DNA from: Amia ocellicauda
Lineage: Eukaryota
DNA length: 64,000 nt
Direction: 5' to 3'
Assembly: GCF_036373705.1 (NCBI RefSeq)
Contig: NC_089863.1
Coordinates: 18,851,406-18,915,405 of the forward strand
This document shows positions 49,151-61,740 of the stretch, piece by piece. A program made the position numbers and the translations under genes. Position 1 is the stretch's first letter. Each line of letters opens with the position of its first letter. The notes below the pieces were generated by a model. That model had not been told where the DNA came from. It ran no database searches and saw only the letters and a program-made list of their open reading frames with translations.

Positions 49151-52100
49151 ATTTAAACACCTGTGCTCATATGCATAAAGCATCTGAGAGTGGGAAATCG
49201 GTCCTAAGTCCCTGAAATATCTGAGAGTGACGTCAATTTGGTCCTACTTTTACTCTTAGGAATAAAAGCTTACATCACAGCCTTAAATAAGCAGAATTTC
49301 CCGTCAAACCATACTGGCATTAACAGCACCCGAATTTATCTTTTTCCCCACCACTGCGCGACAAATACCCCCAAAACAAACCACATTCATAATCAATAAT
49401 TATGCCTAATCAATGCTAGCCTATTTTCATCAAGGATTTTACATTACACTGATTCTATATCCGACAATATTTTAACACGAGTGAAATTAAAAAATAAGCC
49501 GCAAAATAAATGAAAAATGATCCAGCTCATACAAAGCACATTCATAATAAACTGTATGGACGGTGACGAATGCATGTTAACTTTAAATTGTATTTTATTC
49601 AAAACACAAAAATTGTCTGAAATAGCGAATCGGTGTAAAACCCTTCATGAATAGACCACCAGTGTTTCCACACTGTAGCACCTTAACATCCTCGTAATGA
49701 AGGAACGAGGGGGAAACTCTTAATATTTTGTGTCAAATTATAAACAAATAAAAGGTTGAGTTAGCTTAGGATATTCCTATAGTTGTCTTTTCACGTCTGC
49801 TTGTCTACATGTGAACTCATGTTTTTTTTCTTTTTCTTCCCAAAATGAAGAAAATACGTCACAGTGAGCCGTATTCTAACAAACTGTTTGCTCAAAGTTT
49901 TTCCTACAATTGGATCCTACTCCCAGTTAAAAGTAGCTGTAAGAGACTTTATGACTACCTCCTACCTCCTACTCTGAGCAAGGAGCAATCTTACTCCTAA
50001 ACTAACTTTAAGCATGATTCCTAGGAGTAATTCTGGGATGTTTTATGCATACGGGCACTGATCCTAATTATCCCCATTAATTGAGTTGATAAAACCAGGG
50101 TTCACTTACTTTTACTTACAATTACCTATTGGATATGTAAGGGGTTCACAAACTTTTTCTCACCGCTGTAGATAGACAGTAGGACACAAACATACACACA
50201 TAAACAGATACACAAACACACACAGAGGCACAAAAACAAACAAGACCGTCCCTGTGTGTTAAATAATGCCCACGCTGTCCGCACAGCAGGGCCTGTGGGT
50301 GATGTCAGAGGGGCAGCTGTTGTTTGGGATCCCAGAGGCTTACAGGGGCATGAACATCTGGAGCCACTGCAGCCCTGGATTATGTGGGACAAACATACAC
50401 TTTCAATATATAGATGGGATGTGTAATATGTGTATGACATAACTGATGTATTGTACACAGACTCAAGCATTTGGATGATGAAAAAAACATAGGTGCCTAA
50501 ATATATGGGGTTGGCTTCTATTTCCCCTTGTCCCCAAAATGGCCCCTGTTTTGTGTATGCATTTCCCATTGATGTTTTAGGCTGTAATTAAACTTTAAGG
50601 TTTTGAAATTCACATTAAGGTGTGTCTGTGTGTGTGCTTCTGTCTGTCTCTCTACATAGCATTTCCTGATCCCTCTTTTCATCAGTGAGGGAAAGAAACA
50701 GATAGATAGATAGATGGATAGACAGACAGATTGACAGATAGATAGATAAACTGACAAATAGAGAGAATCAAATTGTCAGAGATAGTGACAGACAGGGAGA
50801 CAAATTCAGCCAGATAGATAGATAGATGGAGAGAGAGAGACAGAAGGACAAGCAGGCAGAGACAGAAGGAGAGAGAGGACACTTTAACTTATCTATTTCT
50901 ACCCCCTTCCCACCTCTCTTTCCCTCCCCTCCCCTCCTCTCTCCTTTCCCCCCTCCTCTCTCTCTCTCTCTCTCCTCAGTCCCTCCCTCAGAGTTACAGT
51001 AACAGGACACTGACACTCATCTGTCATCAACTCTGCCACACTCTGTCTCTCCGTCTCCACCAAGAGGGCGCAAAGGAAAATAAGTGAAAGGAAAAATAAG
51101 AGGAAAAAAGAGAGAGATAGATGGACTAGGCACCATCAATTATCATAAAAAGAATAAATAAAGAAAAAGAAAAAAGACAGAACAAGGTTATTTTAATAAA
51201 AAGAAAAAGAAGAAGGGAGGGGACAGCTGTGGACTTTCTCATTCTTTCCATCACTGCAGTGAAGACAGACTGAGAGGAGAACAGGTTAGTCACTCTCTCA
51301 TTACAGCACTAATAATAATAATAATAATGATAATAATTACACATTACACTCATTTATTGTTTAATTTGACAATCCTATTATCATTATACTTGTGATAATT
51401 GCTTCAAAACTATTATAATACTTATTATAATTAAACAATCTGCATAATATATAATATTGTTGTTAATAATAATGTAATGACAATAATCTTTATTAATGAG
51501 ACTGGCGTCCCGTCCTGGGTGTATTCCTGCCTTCCCCGCGACCCCCTCCAGGATAAGCAGTTTCGAAGATGGATGGATGGATGGAGTTAATAATATTGAT
51601 ATTATTCAATAAATGCAAGATGAATATGTATTCATAATTCAAATGTGCAGTCAATAATAGCAAGTGTTCTGCTTTAGTGGAATTTGTATGCCTTTTTTGT
51701 GTAAAATAATAATATTAATATCGATAACAATACATGTATTAAGAGTAATAGTGTTGTATTAATTATTAATAGAAAATAAACAGTTACTATAATAATACAA
51801 CATCAATAATAATACAAATTATTGACAGTACTATTTTAATGTTAATATGCACTTTTGTAAGAAATGAGGTGTAATAAGTCATTAGTATGACTATTATCAC
51901 TACTGCTGCTACTAATAATAATAATTCTGTGGGATTAAGCCCCAGCAGCAGCAGTAATATGTGCCCTGGCAGCTGTCTCAGAATCAGCCTCAGCCTTTGG
52001 CTCTGTCCTGCGGTGCACTGCTCTGGCCACTGAGTGTAGCCATCGCTCTGTGTGCACCTGCCAGAGGGGTCAGTGTGCCCAAGAGCAGAGGAGAGCGTGC

Positions 52101-52429
52101 CGTGCAGTGCAGTACAGCACGGTCTCCAGCCCTGCTGCTGGAGACACTCAGTCCAGTCAGTTCTGCAGCTCAGCTCAGTCCCCAAGTCCTGCAGCCTGGG
52201 ACACATGGGCCAGTGAAGGAGCTGTGGGCCTGTAGGGGCTGGATGGGTGTGTTCCCACTGATCTCTGAGTTCCTGACAACACAGGCAGACGTGTCTAATA
52301 TACATATACTATCTACATGTATTTCAGTATAGATCGCTGTATATTATATATAAGGGTCACTTTTCTGGTCTTCGTTTATTTAGAAATCTCCAGCTGTATT
52401 TGGCTACAATGAAGGGCTTTAGATTAATG

Positions 52430-53035
52430 CTGTGTCATATTGTATAGTACACTACACTACATCACACCACACTGTACTGTACTGTACTATACTTCACTGC
52501 TATACTACACTGTACTGTACTAAACTGTGCTATACTACACTAAACTACACTACACTGTGCTATACTACACTGTACTGTACTAAACTGTGCTATACTACAC
52601 TAAACTACACTACACTGTGCTATACTACACTGTACTGTACTACACTGTTATACTACACTAAACTACACTACACTGTGCTATACTACACTGTACTGTACTA
52701 CACTGTGCTATATTACACTGTACTACACTGTGCTATACTACATTATGCTATACTACACTGTGCTAAACTACACTGTACTGTACTACACTGTGCTATACTA
52801 CAGAAAACTACACTACACTGTTATACTACACTCTACTGTACTACACTGCTATATTACATTGTACTACACTGTGCTATACTACACTGTGCTATACTACAGT
52901 AAACTACACTACACTGTGCTATACTACAGTAAACTACACTACACTGTGCTATACTACACTGCTATATTACAGTGTTCTACACTTAATTGCACCACACTGC
53001 ACTGCGCTACACTACACACACTGTACTACACTACA
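52430..53035. repeat. Low-complexity (CTACA/CTGTA)-type microsatellite block
   Basis: ORFs 52432-52902 and 52730-53299 are repeat artefacts. Confidence 0.7.
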
Positions 53036-53719
53036 CTGTACAGCAGGACTGCACATATGGCCCACCAGCATTTGAAGAGAAGCACTGAAATGCTTCAGAG
53101 GGTTCTGTATTGGCATTGTGTTGCTGTTGTGATTGACATTAGCTCCACCCTGTGCAGGGGTGTGTCTGCAGTCCATGTGGTTGCGGTGCGGGATGCTCTA
53201 ATACCACACGGTGCTGGGCCTGTATGGACTGTCTGGTGCTTGGCAGGGCCATGGGAGTGTCTGGGCTGGATAGGAGTAGCACTAGAGCAGAGCTTTTAAT
53301 TGATGGTACCAAACCCAAACTATGACTCAATAGCACACGGTCCGTAACATGCTGAATACATACCCTGGATAAAGGCGTCTGCCAATAAATAAATAATAAT
53401 AATACTCAGATTGATAACTGTACACTGGTGATTGACATCTAGGCTGTAGATTTGAAAGAGAGAGAGAGAGGCAGTGTGCATGATTACAATTTCTTCCTTG
53501 TCTCCTTTAGGAGGAAGAGCTCCCTCCAATCTCGGCACTCGTTCACTCGCCCCCCCTTTCACACTCCCTCCATCTGGAGGAGCCCGAGGACAGACGGACA
53601 GACGGACAGACAAAAAGAAGGACAGACACGCAGGGAGACACCCACACGCACACACACAGACACCTCTCTCCTCTCTTCCTCGCCTCGTTCTCTCCATCCC
53701 TCACTCTGCTGCCGTCGCC

Positions 53720-53779
53720 ATGCAGAACTTCGGACCAGCCTGTATCTTCCTGAGGAAAGACATCGCAGACAAGCACGTG
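53720..53779 (+). CDS. cabp1: CaBP1-type neuronal calcium-binding protein, exon 1
   Basis: MQNFGPACIFLRKDIADKHV matches CaBP1 ..LLGPACIFLRKGFAENRQ; gtg|GTGAGT donor. The symbol is by best similarity (INMNLGG in EF-hand 2), and the exact fish paralogue is unresolved. Confidence 0.7.
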
Positions 53780-54132
53780 GTGAGTAAAGTGGTGTGTGTG
53801 AGTGTGAGAGTCTGTCTGTGTGTGAGTGTGTGAGAGAGAGTGCAAGTGAGTATGTGTGTGAATGTATATGTGTGTGTCTCTGTGTAGGTCTCTTGCTGTC
53901 TGATAATGTCTTGGTGTCTCTGTGTCTGTCCACCTGTTTCTCTCTGTCTCTCTCTGTGTCTGTCTGTGCCTCTATCTGTCTGTCTCTCTCGTGTCTGCCT
54001 GTCTGTGTGGTCTCTCTCTCTCTCTCTGCACACGCTCCTGTTGTGTCTAGGGCTGTACATTAGCAGACTGCTTTGCTAAACTGACCGATACACTGACTGA
54101 CACACTGACTAACCCTGTGCTTCCTGTTTCAG

Positions 54133-54163
54133 GAGCGGGAGCTGGCTGACGATGAGATTGAAG
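54133..54163 (+). CDS. cabp1: CaBP exon 2
   Basis: ERELADDEIE(g); tttcag acceptor and g|GTAATA donor. Confidence 0.75.
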
Positions 54164-54256
54164 GTAATACACACTGCACACCAATACACTCACACTGTAC
54201 ACTAACACACACTCACAGAGCTCAGTAATACACACTGCACTGTTTGTCCCTGCCAG

Positions 54257-54400
54257 AGCTGCGGGAAGCGTTTGAGGAGTTTGACAAGGACCATGACGGC
54301 CTGATCAGCTGCAAGGACCTGGGCAACCTGATGCGCACCATGGGCTACATGCCCACCGAGATGGAGCTGATTGAGCTGAGCCAGCAGATCAACATGAACT
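54257..54400 (+). CDS. cabp1: CaBP exon 3 (EF-hand 1)
   Basis: (E)[47 protein letters not shown](t). Confidence 0.9.
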
Positions 54401-54485
54401 GTGAGGAGACACTCTCACTCTCTCACTCTCTCTGTGTCAGTATTCTGCAGTGTCCAGTCAGTCAGTGTGTCTTTACTGTATTAAT

Positions 54486-54568
<83 letters not shown>

Positions 54569-54573
54569 CTCAG

Positions 54574-54683
54574 TGGGTGGCAGGGTGGACTTTGATGATT
54601 TTGTGGAGCTCATGGCCCCCAAACTGCTGGCAGAGACGGCGGGAATGATTGGAATGAAGGAGCTGAGGGACGCCTTCAAAGAG
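54574..54683 (+). CDS. cabp1: CaBP exon 4 (EF-hand 2)
   Basis: (L)[36 protein letters not shown]. Confidence 0.9.
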
Positions 54684-54891
54684 GTGAGAGAGAGAGAGAG
54701 AGAAAGAGAGAGGGAGGGAAAGGGGGAGAGGGAGGCAGGAAGGGTATGGTTGTAGGAAGAGGGGTAGGGCAGAAAGAGAGAAAGAGGGAGAGAGAGAGGG
54801 TTTTTTGTGGGGATGAGGGGGTGAGAGAGTGAGGAGAGAAATGGTTGAGCGAGTGTGTGAGGTCAGTGCGTGTGTCTGTCCTGTCTGAAGC

Positions 54892-54936
<45 letters not shown>

Positions 54937-54942
54937 TCCCAG

Positions 54943-55090
54943 TTTGATGCAAACGGCGACGGCGAGATCACCATCGAGGAGCTGCGCCAGGCCATGGTGA
55001 AGCTGCTGGGCGAGCAGATGAGCTGCCGCGAGATCGAGGCCGTGGTGCGGGAGGCCGACCGCAATGGAGACGGCACGGTGGACTTCGAGG
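54943..55090 (+). CDS. cabp1: CaBP exon 5 (EF-hands 3 and 4)
   Basis: FDANGDGEITIEELRQAMVKLLGEQMSCREIEAVVREADRNGDGTVDFE(g). Confidence 0.9.
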
Positions 55091-55419
55091 GTGAGGGGGA
55101 GAGAGAGAGAGACGCTGCTGATCAATAGTGCTGTTCACACTGATTGATAAACTAGATCGATACCAGTGAACTTCCACACTGAGCTATAACACTGATCAGA
55201 CCACCGAGCAATAAAAGGGATCAATAACAGTGATCTATGACACGGGCCAATGACAGTGATCAAAAACACTGGAGGCACTGTGGAGAGAGACGCTGCTGAT
55301 CAATAAATACTGTACCATACTGTAGTGTACTAGAATATACTGGGAAATACTAGACAGTACTGTACTATGCTATACTGTCTGGTACTACACTGTACTGGCC
55401 TATACTATACTATACTTTT

Positions 55420-55700
55420 GAGGGGGATGTACAGTTTCCAGATCAGCAGGGACACACGCACCCGGACACAAATGGAAATTGGGCTTCAAGGCATTCAAGA
55501 CAGAAAACAGGAGACACTTCTTTACACAGAGAGTAGTCACAATAATAAACTACCCAGCGATGTGGTTGAGCTGAAAATTTTGGGAACATTTCAAAATAGA
55601 CTGGATAGGATCATTGGATCACTTAGATATTAATGGACACCAAATGAGCATGATGGGTTGAATGGCCTCCTCTCGTTTGTAAACTTTATTTTGTTCTTAT
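55420..55700 (+). repeat. SINE-like interspersed repeat, copy B, in CaBP intron 5
   Basis: Aligns to 16725-16990. Confidence 0.6.
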
Positions 55701-55876
55701 ACTGCACTATGCTGTACTGTACTGTCCTAAAACTAGACTACACTGGCCTGGAGTGCAGGGAGTCATGTGACAGGGCTCCTCTGTCCATCTACAAGGACTG
55801 CCCTGCTGGGGTACAGTGTGCTCACCGAGTCCTACCCTCATCCCCCTCTCTCTCTCTCCCTCTCTCTCTCTCTCAG

Positions 55877-55905
55877 AGTTTGTGAAAATGATGTCACGGC
55901 AGTGA
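55877..55905 (+). CDS. cabp1: CaBP exon 6 (stop)
   Basis: (E)FVKMMSRQ*; tctctcag acceptor and TGA at 55903-55905. Confidence 0.85.
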
Positions 55906-56304
55906 AAGAGCAGAGAAGAAAAGAAGGACAATCAAGATGAAGGGAGGACAAGGGGAGGGGAGATCAGTCAGCTCAGTGATGAACAACAATGACACCTGTC
56001 TTATGCACAGCAACCCTGTCTGTCTGTCCGTCTGCACCCTCCTAACCTAGTCTGTCAGTCTGTCTCTTTCTGAACCAGTCTTTCTGTCTCTCTTCCTGAC
56101 CCAGTCTGTCCCTGTCTCTTTCTAACCATCTTAGTCTGTCTGTCTGACTCTTAACAACTCACTAAGTCTGTCTCAGTCTCTCTGTCTGTGTGTCTGTCTC
56201 TCTGTCTCATTCTCAGTCTGTCTCTTTCGATCCCAGTCTGTGTCTCTCTCTGTATGTCTGCCTGTCAGTCTGTCTCTGTGTCTGTGTGTCCATCTGCCTA
56301 TCTT

Positions 56305-56341
<37 letters not shown>

Positions 56342-58849
56342 TTATATTATAAGGGGGAGGGGGATGTATCTATTGGTCTTCCTGTGTATCTCTGTGTCTA
56401 GCTCCCTGTCTCTGTATTCTCTAATAGAAACCCACACACTGTCCTCACCCTGTTACAGAGAGGCTACTTCTAGAGCCGTGCAGTACAATACAATGTAGCA
56501 CAGCACAGTACACTACAGTGCCATATTGTACAGTACATTACAGTACAATGCATTACAGTAGTCAACTACAGTGCTCTACAGTAGAGTAGAGCACAGTGTA
56601 GTGTAGTATAGTCAAGTTCAGTGCATTGTACTATAATTCTTTCTAAATGTATGCATTTATTTAGGGGGATGTACAGTTTTCACAAGAAACATTTCAAAGC
56701 ATTACAAAGCAAAGGCAGTCCAAACCACATCCTATTATGAATGAGCTAACAAGTGCACAACAGAGAAGTCCTATCCCTGGGCTGTGCCATGGGGTGCGGC
56801 TGGCATGGGAACATGATAGGTACAGCACAATGATTAAAGGACTACAAATAATCACCAGGAGTATGAGGGAGCAGAGAACAGTGCAGTAAAGTACAGTATA
56901 TTGTAGTGCAGTGCAGAACAGTGCGGTGCAGTGGAATACGGCACGGCACGAGCCCCTGCACAGTGGAGGGGAGTGTGTGGGTTCAGACTATGATTTGTAC
57001 AGAGCCCTGCGCAGCCATTTGACCAATAAAATACCCTGCAAACTGCACTGTGTGGTCAGAGTCTCATTTACCACAGAAAGACGGAAGAACAGACTGTAGA
57101 CTGAAGTGGACAGAGACGGATGAGTGAAAGGCAGGAAGGGACAGACAGACAGACACACACACACACACACAAGCGGAAGGGATATACGGGATAAATAACT
57201 GCAGACATAACGGGATGAGCCGCAGGTCATCCGGCTCACAGCACGCAAGGCCGGAACAGCTGGGGCCCCTGACACTGGCCCTCAGATTACTGCCCAGGGA
57301 AAACAGACATAAGCCAGCGCAAAACACACAGCATCAAAGTAATCTGCTCTTCTCAGAAAATAAAACACAGCACACAGTGTACTGGAGCACTGCGAGAGAG
57401 AGAGATAGAGATAGTGCGGGATAGAGGTGGAATTGGGGGTCATGAGAGGGGGGGAGAGATGGGGTACAGAGATTGAGAGGAAGGGAGAAATGGGGTATGG
57501 AGGGAGGAGGGAGGGAGGGAGAGAATGAGGGGTAGAAAGAGGGGGGGATAAAGGTAGAGAGAGAGAGAGAGAGAGGCAGTAATAGAATTCGAATGATGAT
57601 ATAATATTATGTTATATTATACAATACTTCCTCTTATCAGCTTGTAATAAATAATGGGCAGGTTGTGCAGAAGGTCAATCTGTGTTTATAGTTCAAATAT
57701 ACAGTGCTGACTCCCGTCTGGCCCTTATACTATACTATACCCCTCTTAATCCATCTTCACTATAGTTCCCAGTCAGTTGGTAATTAAGGAGCTTGCCCCG
57801 GACAGACCAGACATTAACATTACTCAACAAAGACAAGACGAAAGCGAACAACAGGACATTTTCAAGCGGATGGTACAATGAGAAAAATCGGCTCTGTTGC
57901 TGCTCTACACAGAATACAAGTATTCTGTTTTCCCTGCTTATTGTCCTGTTCATCGTTTGCAGGAGATATACAGACAAACACAGGGGGAGAGATTTGAATC
58001 ACTTTTCAGAACAGGCTAAGAAACACGAAACACAAGAATAAGCTGAAAAGAGGACGCAACCCTCTCTCTCCTGAAGGCTTATCCAATGTAAATTTAAAAA
58101 TGGACATATCCTTCTCATTTTTGTGAAAATACTTTAAATTGGAGTAGGCTATTTTTAGATTTGAGTTTATCCTCATGCCTTTTTTGTTGAGGACACTGGG
58201 GTTATAGAATAAAGGAAATCCATCTTTTAAAGCATGTGCAACCGCAGCGTTTTGTGTGCTGTTAGCTGCAATGGTCTCAGGAGGCTGTTTACTGTCAATT
58301 CTCTTATAGCCTAAAACTCAGTTACAGGTGACTCTCCACTTGCCTGAATCCCATTTAATTTCACGACGTTATTCAACTATCTATTTCAAAAGTGGGCGTG
58401 GCTAGCAATTCAGGGACTGCCCCACCAGAATTAATAGCCACAAGCCGCTACTGGGCTGTAGTATTCTCCTCTCCTGCAATCCTCCTCTCTCCCGCTCCCT
58501 CCCATCTGTCTTGTCCTCCCTGTCCTCAGACAGACGTTCACACCGGGCCGTGAGGTACATGTGTCACCTGAACGGATTAGAGAGGATCATTCTCCCCAAA
58601 CAGCAGCAACACGTCAACAAAGGAATTGAAACCCAAACACAAAGTGGGGGGGACAGAGAGATAGTGAGAGAGACACGCAGCGCTCCCGCCTCAGATTTAG
58701 GAGAGTAAAGCAGATTATTTTCAGGGGGGATTAGACCGCGAAGCCGGGCTGTCTCATTAGTTTGGGTTTAAGGCAGATGTGTGACCTTTAACCTCGATCC
58801 GTTCTGTTCGACATTAACGCCTGCAACTCTGCGGGGAGAGGACATATGT

Positions 58850-59115
58850 GTGCACGAATGTGCGTCCGTGGAAGAGTTTATATGTGTGTTAAGTGAACAT
58901 GTGTATGTGAGTGAACGTGTTTGTGTATGTATGTATGTCTGAGTGAATGTGTGTTTGAGTATGTGTGAGTGAACGTGTCTGTGTATATGAGTGAACATGT
59001 ATGCATGAGGGAACGTGCGTGTGTAAGTATGTGTGCGTAAACGTGTGTGTGTGAGTGAACGTGTGTGAGTGAATATGTATATCTGTGTGTGTGTGTGTGT
59101 GTGTGAGTGAACATG
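58850..59115. repeat. Minisatellite (gtgagtgaacgtgt(gt)n units)
   Basis: Direct repeats. Minus ORFs 58768-59211 and 58878-59243 are His/Thr-rich artefacts. Confidence 0.8.
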
Positions 59116-60884
59116 TATGTCTGTGTGTATTGTAAGGAATCCACAGGACAAGGATGAATCAATTGGATATTTATTTTGGAAATAATAGAGAGACAAGTGA
59201 CAGAGATACATCGAAGACTCAGCGAAAGCTCCAAGTGAACCAAGCTGTGGTCATTTATACATTAGTAATTAATACTCACATCGCCTTCATTAATATGTAC
59301 ATCTAGCAGGTGACACAGCATTGTGGGAAAGAACCACAAAAGCACAGGGTGAAGACTGCTGAATGCCACTAGGAAACCAAGGCCCCTGGGTCAGTCAACA
59401 CTGGCATACAGTGCAGTGCTGAGGCTGTACCCTACAGTGTCTTTGAAGGCACAACAACCCTGAGAAGGAGTTACAAGGTCAGAGGTCAAAGATGACAACC
59501 AGTCTCTGATCTCATCAGCCATACATCAAACGGCCGAATAACAAATAATTCTTTTTAAAGCAACCAATCGGATGCAGGGATTTGCCCAGGTAGGCGTGTC
59601 AGTTGGTTACCATGGACGTGGAGGGGGGCTGGAGGGCAAGTGAGTACAGCCCCCCTCACTGTCCCGTTCATGTGAAGTTCACAGCAATAACGACGCTAAT
59701 AGAGGGCAGCATGTCCCATCTGTGCGTGAGAGATACGGGATTAGATTTATCCACTCAGTTTTGTATGATTTCATAGACCGGAATTGGAGCTGAGCAGAGT
59801 GAAGAGAGGAGGAACCAGACTTGAAAGAAAAGGAATTTACCCCAAACCTGACTGACTGACTGACTGACTGACTGACACCCACCCACTGACTGGTACAGTA
59901 CACTAATACTGCACTGAGAGCCAGAGAGAGAGGATTAATGCAGTCAGTATGCCCTGACAGGATATTACACTACATTAACACGGCACTAAGAGACAGCCAG
60001 AGAGAGAGGGAGTGAGGGACAGAGAGAGACAGGGGGGGAGTGAGGCTGTTTGGCCAGAAAGGGATTAATTTCTGGTCCAAAATGTTGATTATAGAAGCTC
60101 ATCAGAATCCGGGGTGGGGGGGGGTAGTTAAGACCAGATTAGTAGGAGTCACTGACGATACCCTGATCACTGGCTGACCTTATATAATCACACAGCGCAG
60201 TGTCCAGTCAGGCAGAGTGTCTGCACGGCATTAACCACCATCCCTCCCTCCCTCCCTCCACAGTGTTCAGTAGGCACACCCAGCGCGTCGAGAGTCTGTG
60301 GCCCGATACCCTCTTTCGTGTTGCACTGCTCACAGTGAACACAGGGGGCAGTAGTGCAACAAAAAAAGGGCCTCGAACCACAGGGGTCAAAGGGCATCGT
60401 CACAGAGGCAGAGGTCACTGCGATGGGACTGAGAGGGGGTCACGGCCTGAGAGAGAAATCAGGAAAACAAAGAAAACAGAGTGAGAAGCCACAGAGAGAG
60501 AGAGAGAGAGAGAGAGACACACAAGATATAACAGTTGAGTGAGTAGCTGCGGCGTCTCCTGACATCTAGTGTTGATTTTCAGGAATATTAGAATTCATGT
60601 GCTGTAGTGTCCAGTCAGGTATACTGTATATTCACTACAGGTCCATCCAGTGAGCATACTGCGCACATTCACTAGATTATTATTATAAACACAACAATGA
60701 TAACAACAGCAAGAAGAACTGTATTCAAGTGGACTGACCTGCGTCTGCTGAAATGCACTGGTTCAAAAACGAGGTATGTGTTGTGGCCAGCCGCATTTTC
60801 ACACTACACGAATCACATTACATGAACGTATATATTACTAATTTTATTATATTCCCAAAACAAATTGCAAACGAATTAGTAGTG

Positions 60885-60925
<41 letters not shown>

Positions 60926-61029
60926 GCTGGCCTTTCACTGTTTCAGCGCCAGGTCGAACTACACACCGACGCACCCATTATAAAGAAAAAAAACGAGAAT
61001 TTATTTACATGATACATTTCTTCAACCCA

Positions 61030-61480
61030 GTGTCAAGCGAATTTTCTCACTTTCTCCTCCGGTTCGGTGCCTCTTCCCCCGCCGAGGGAGCCCGTCCCGG
61101 CGGCGCTGCCCGCTCTGCCGCTGGCGGAGGCCGGTGTCCGGAGCCGCGCCGCTCCCCTTCCTCCGCTCCGCCTCGCCGCCATTTTGCATTCCTGGCATTC
61201 CAGAGCGGGAGGCGGGCGCACGCCGGGGGGCGGGGAGAGCGCGTCGTCTCGGCTTCTCATTGGCTGCGGCCTCCCCGACGCGCGGCGCTCATTGGCCCCG
61301 GGGTGTGTGAATACGCGACGAGGCCCCGGCTCCTCATTGGCGGAGACCTCGGGGAGAACGCTGGAATGAATAATTAACGACGCCCTTCGGGTTGTGATTG
61401 GACGAAGGGAGTGAGCGCTTCGTTTGTGATTGGCTCAGTTTGGGAGAGGCTGCGCTCTTTCTCTCACTGGTCCCTTTCAT
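61030..61480. promoter_or_regulatory. CpG island with five inverted CCAAT boxes (ATTGG at 61259, 61291, 61336, 61397, 61429) and a YY1-like CGCCATTTTG (61177-61186); candidate NF-Y-driven promoter of an unidentified gene
   Basis: Motifs were read directly. ORFs 61009-61377 and 61067-61369 are GC-driven artefacts. Confidence 0.45.
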
Positions 61481-61740
61481 CCAGTTCATCCCAGGGGTGT
61501 TCCATATGGGACTGAAGAGAGGAGCCAGCAAATCTACACTGTACTGTACTATCCTACATTAAACTATACTGTTCTGTTCTATACTCAACTATTCTATATT
61601 CTTTACCAGGGGTTCCCTGGAGGAGCCCCTAGCCTGCTGGTTGTTGTTCCAACCGAGCTCTCAATTACACACACACATTAATTGAACCCCTGATTTAATT
61701 TAAATTATTTTAAACAGGTTTTAAGTATAATTGTATACGC

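Noticed and set aside
58768-59243. His/Thr-rich 147- and 121-aa minus ORFs
   Set aside because: Translation of the gtgagtgaacgtgt minisatellite and (TG)n.
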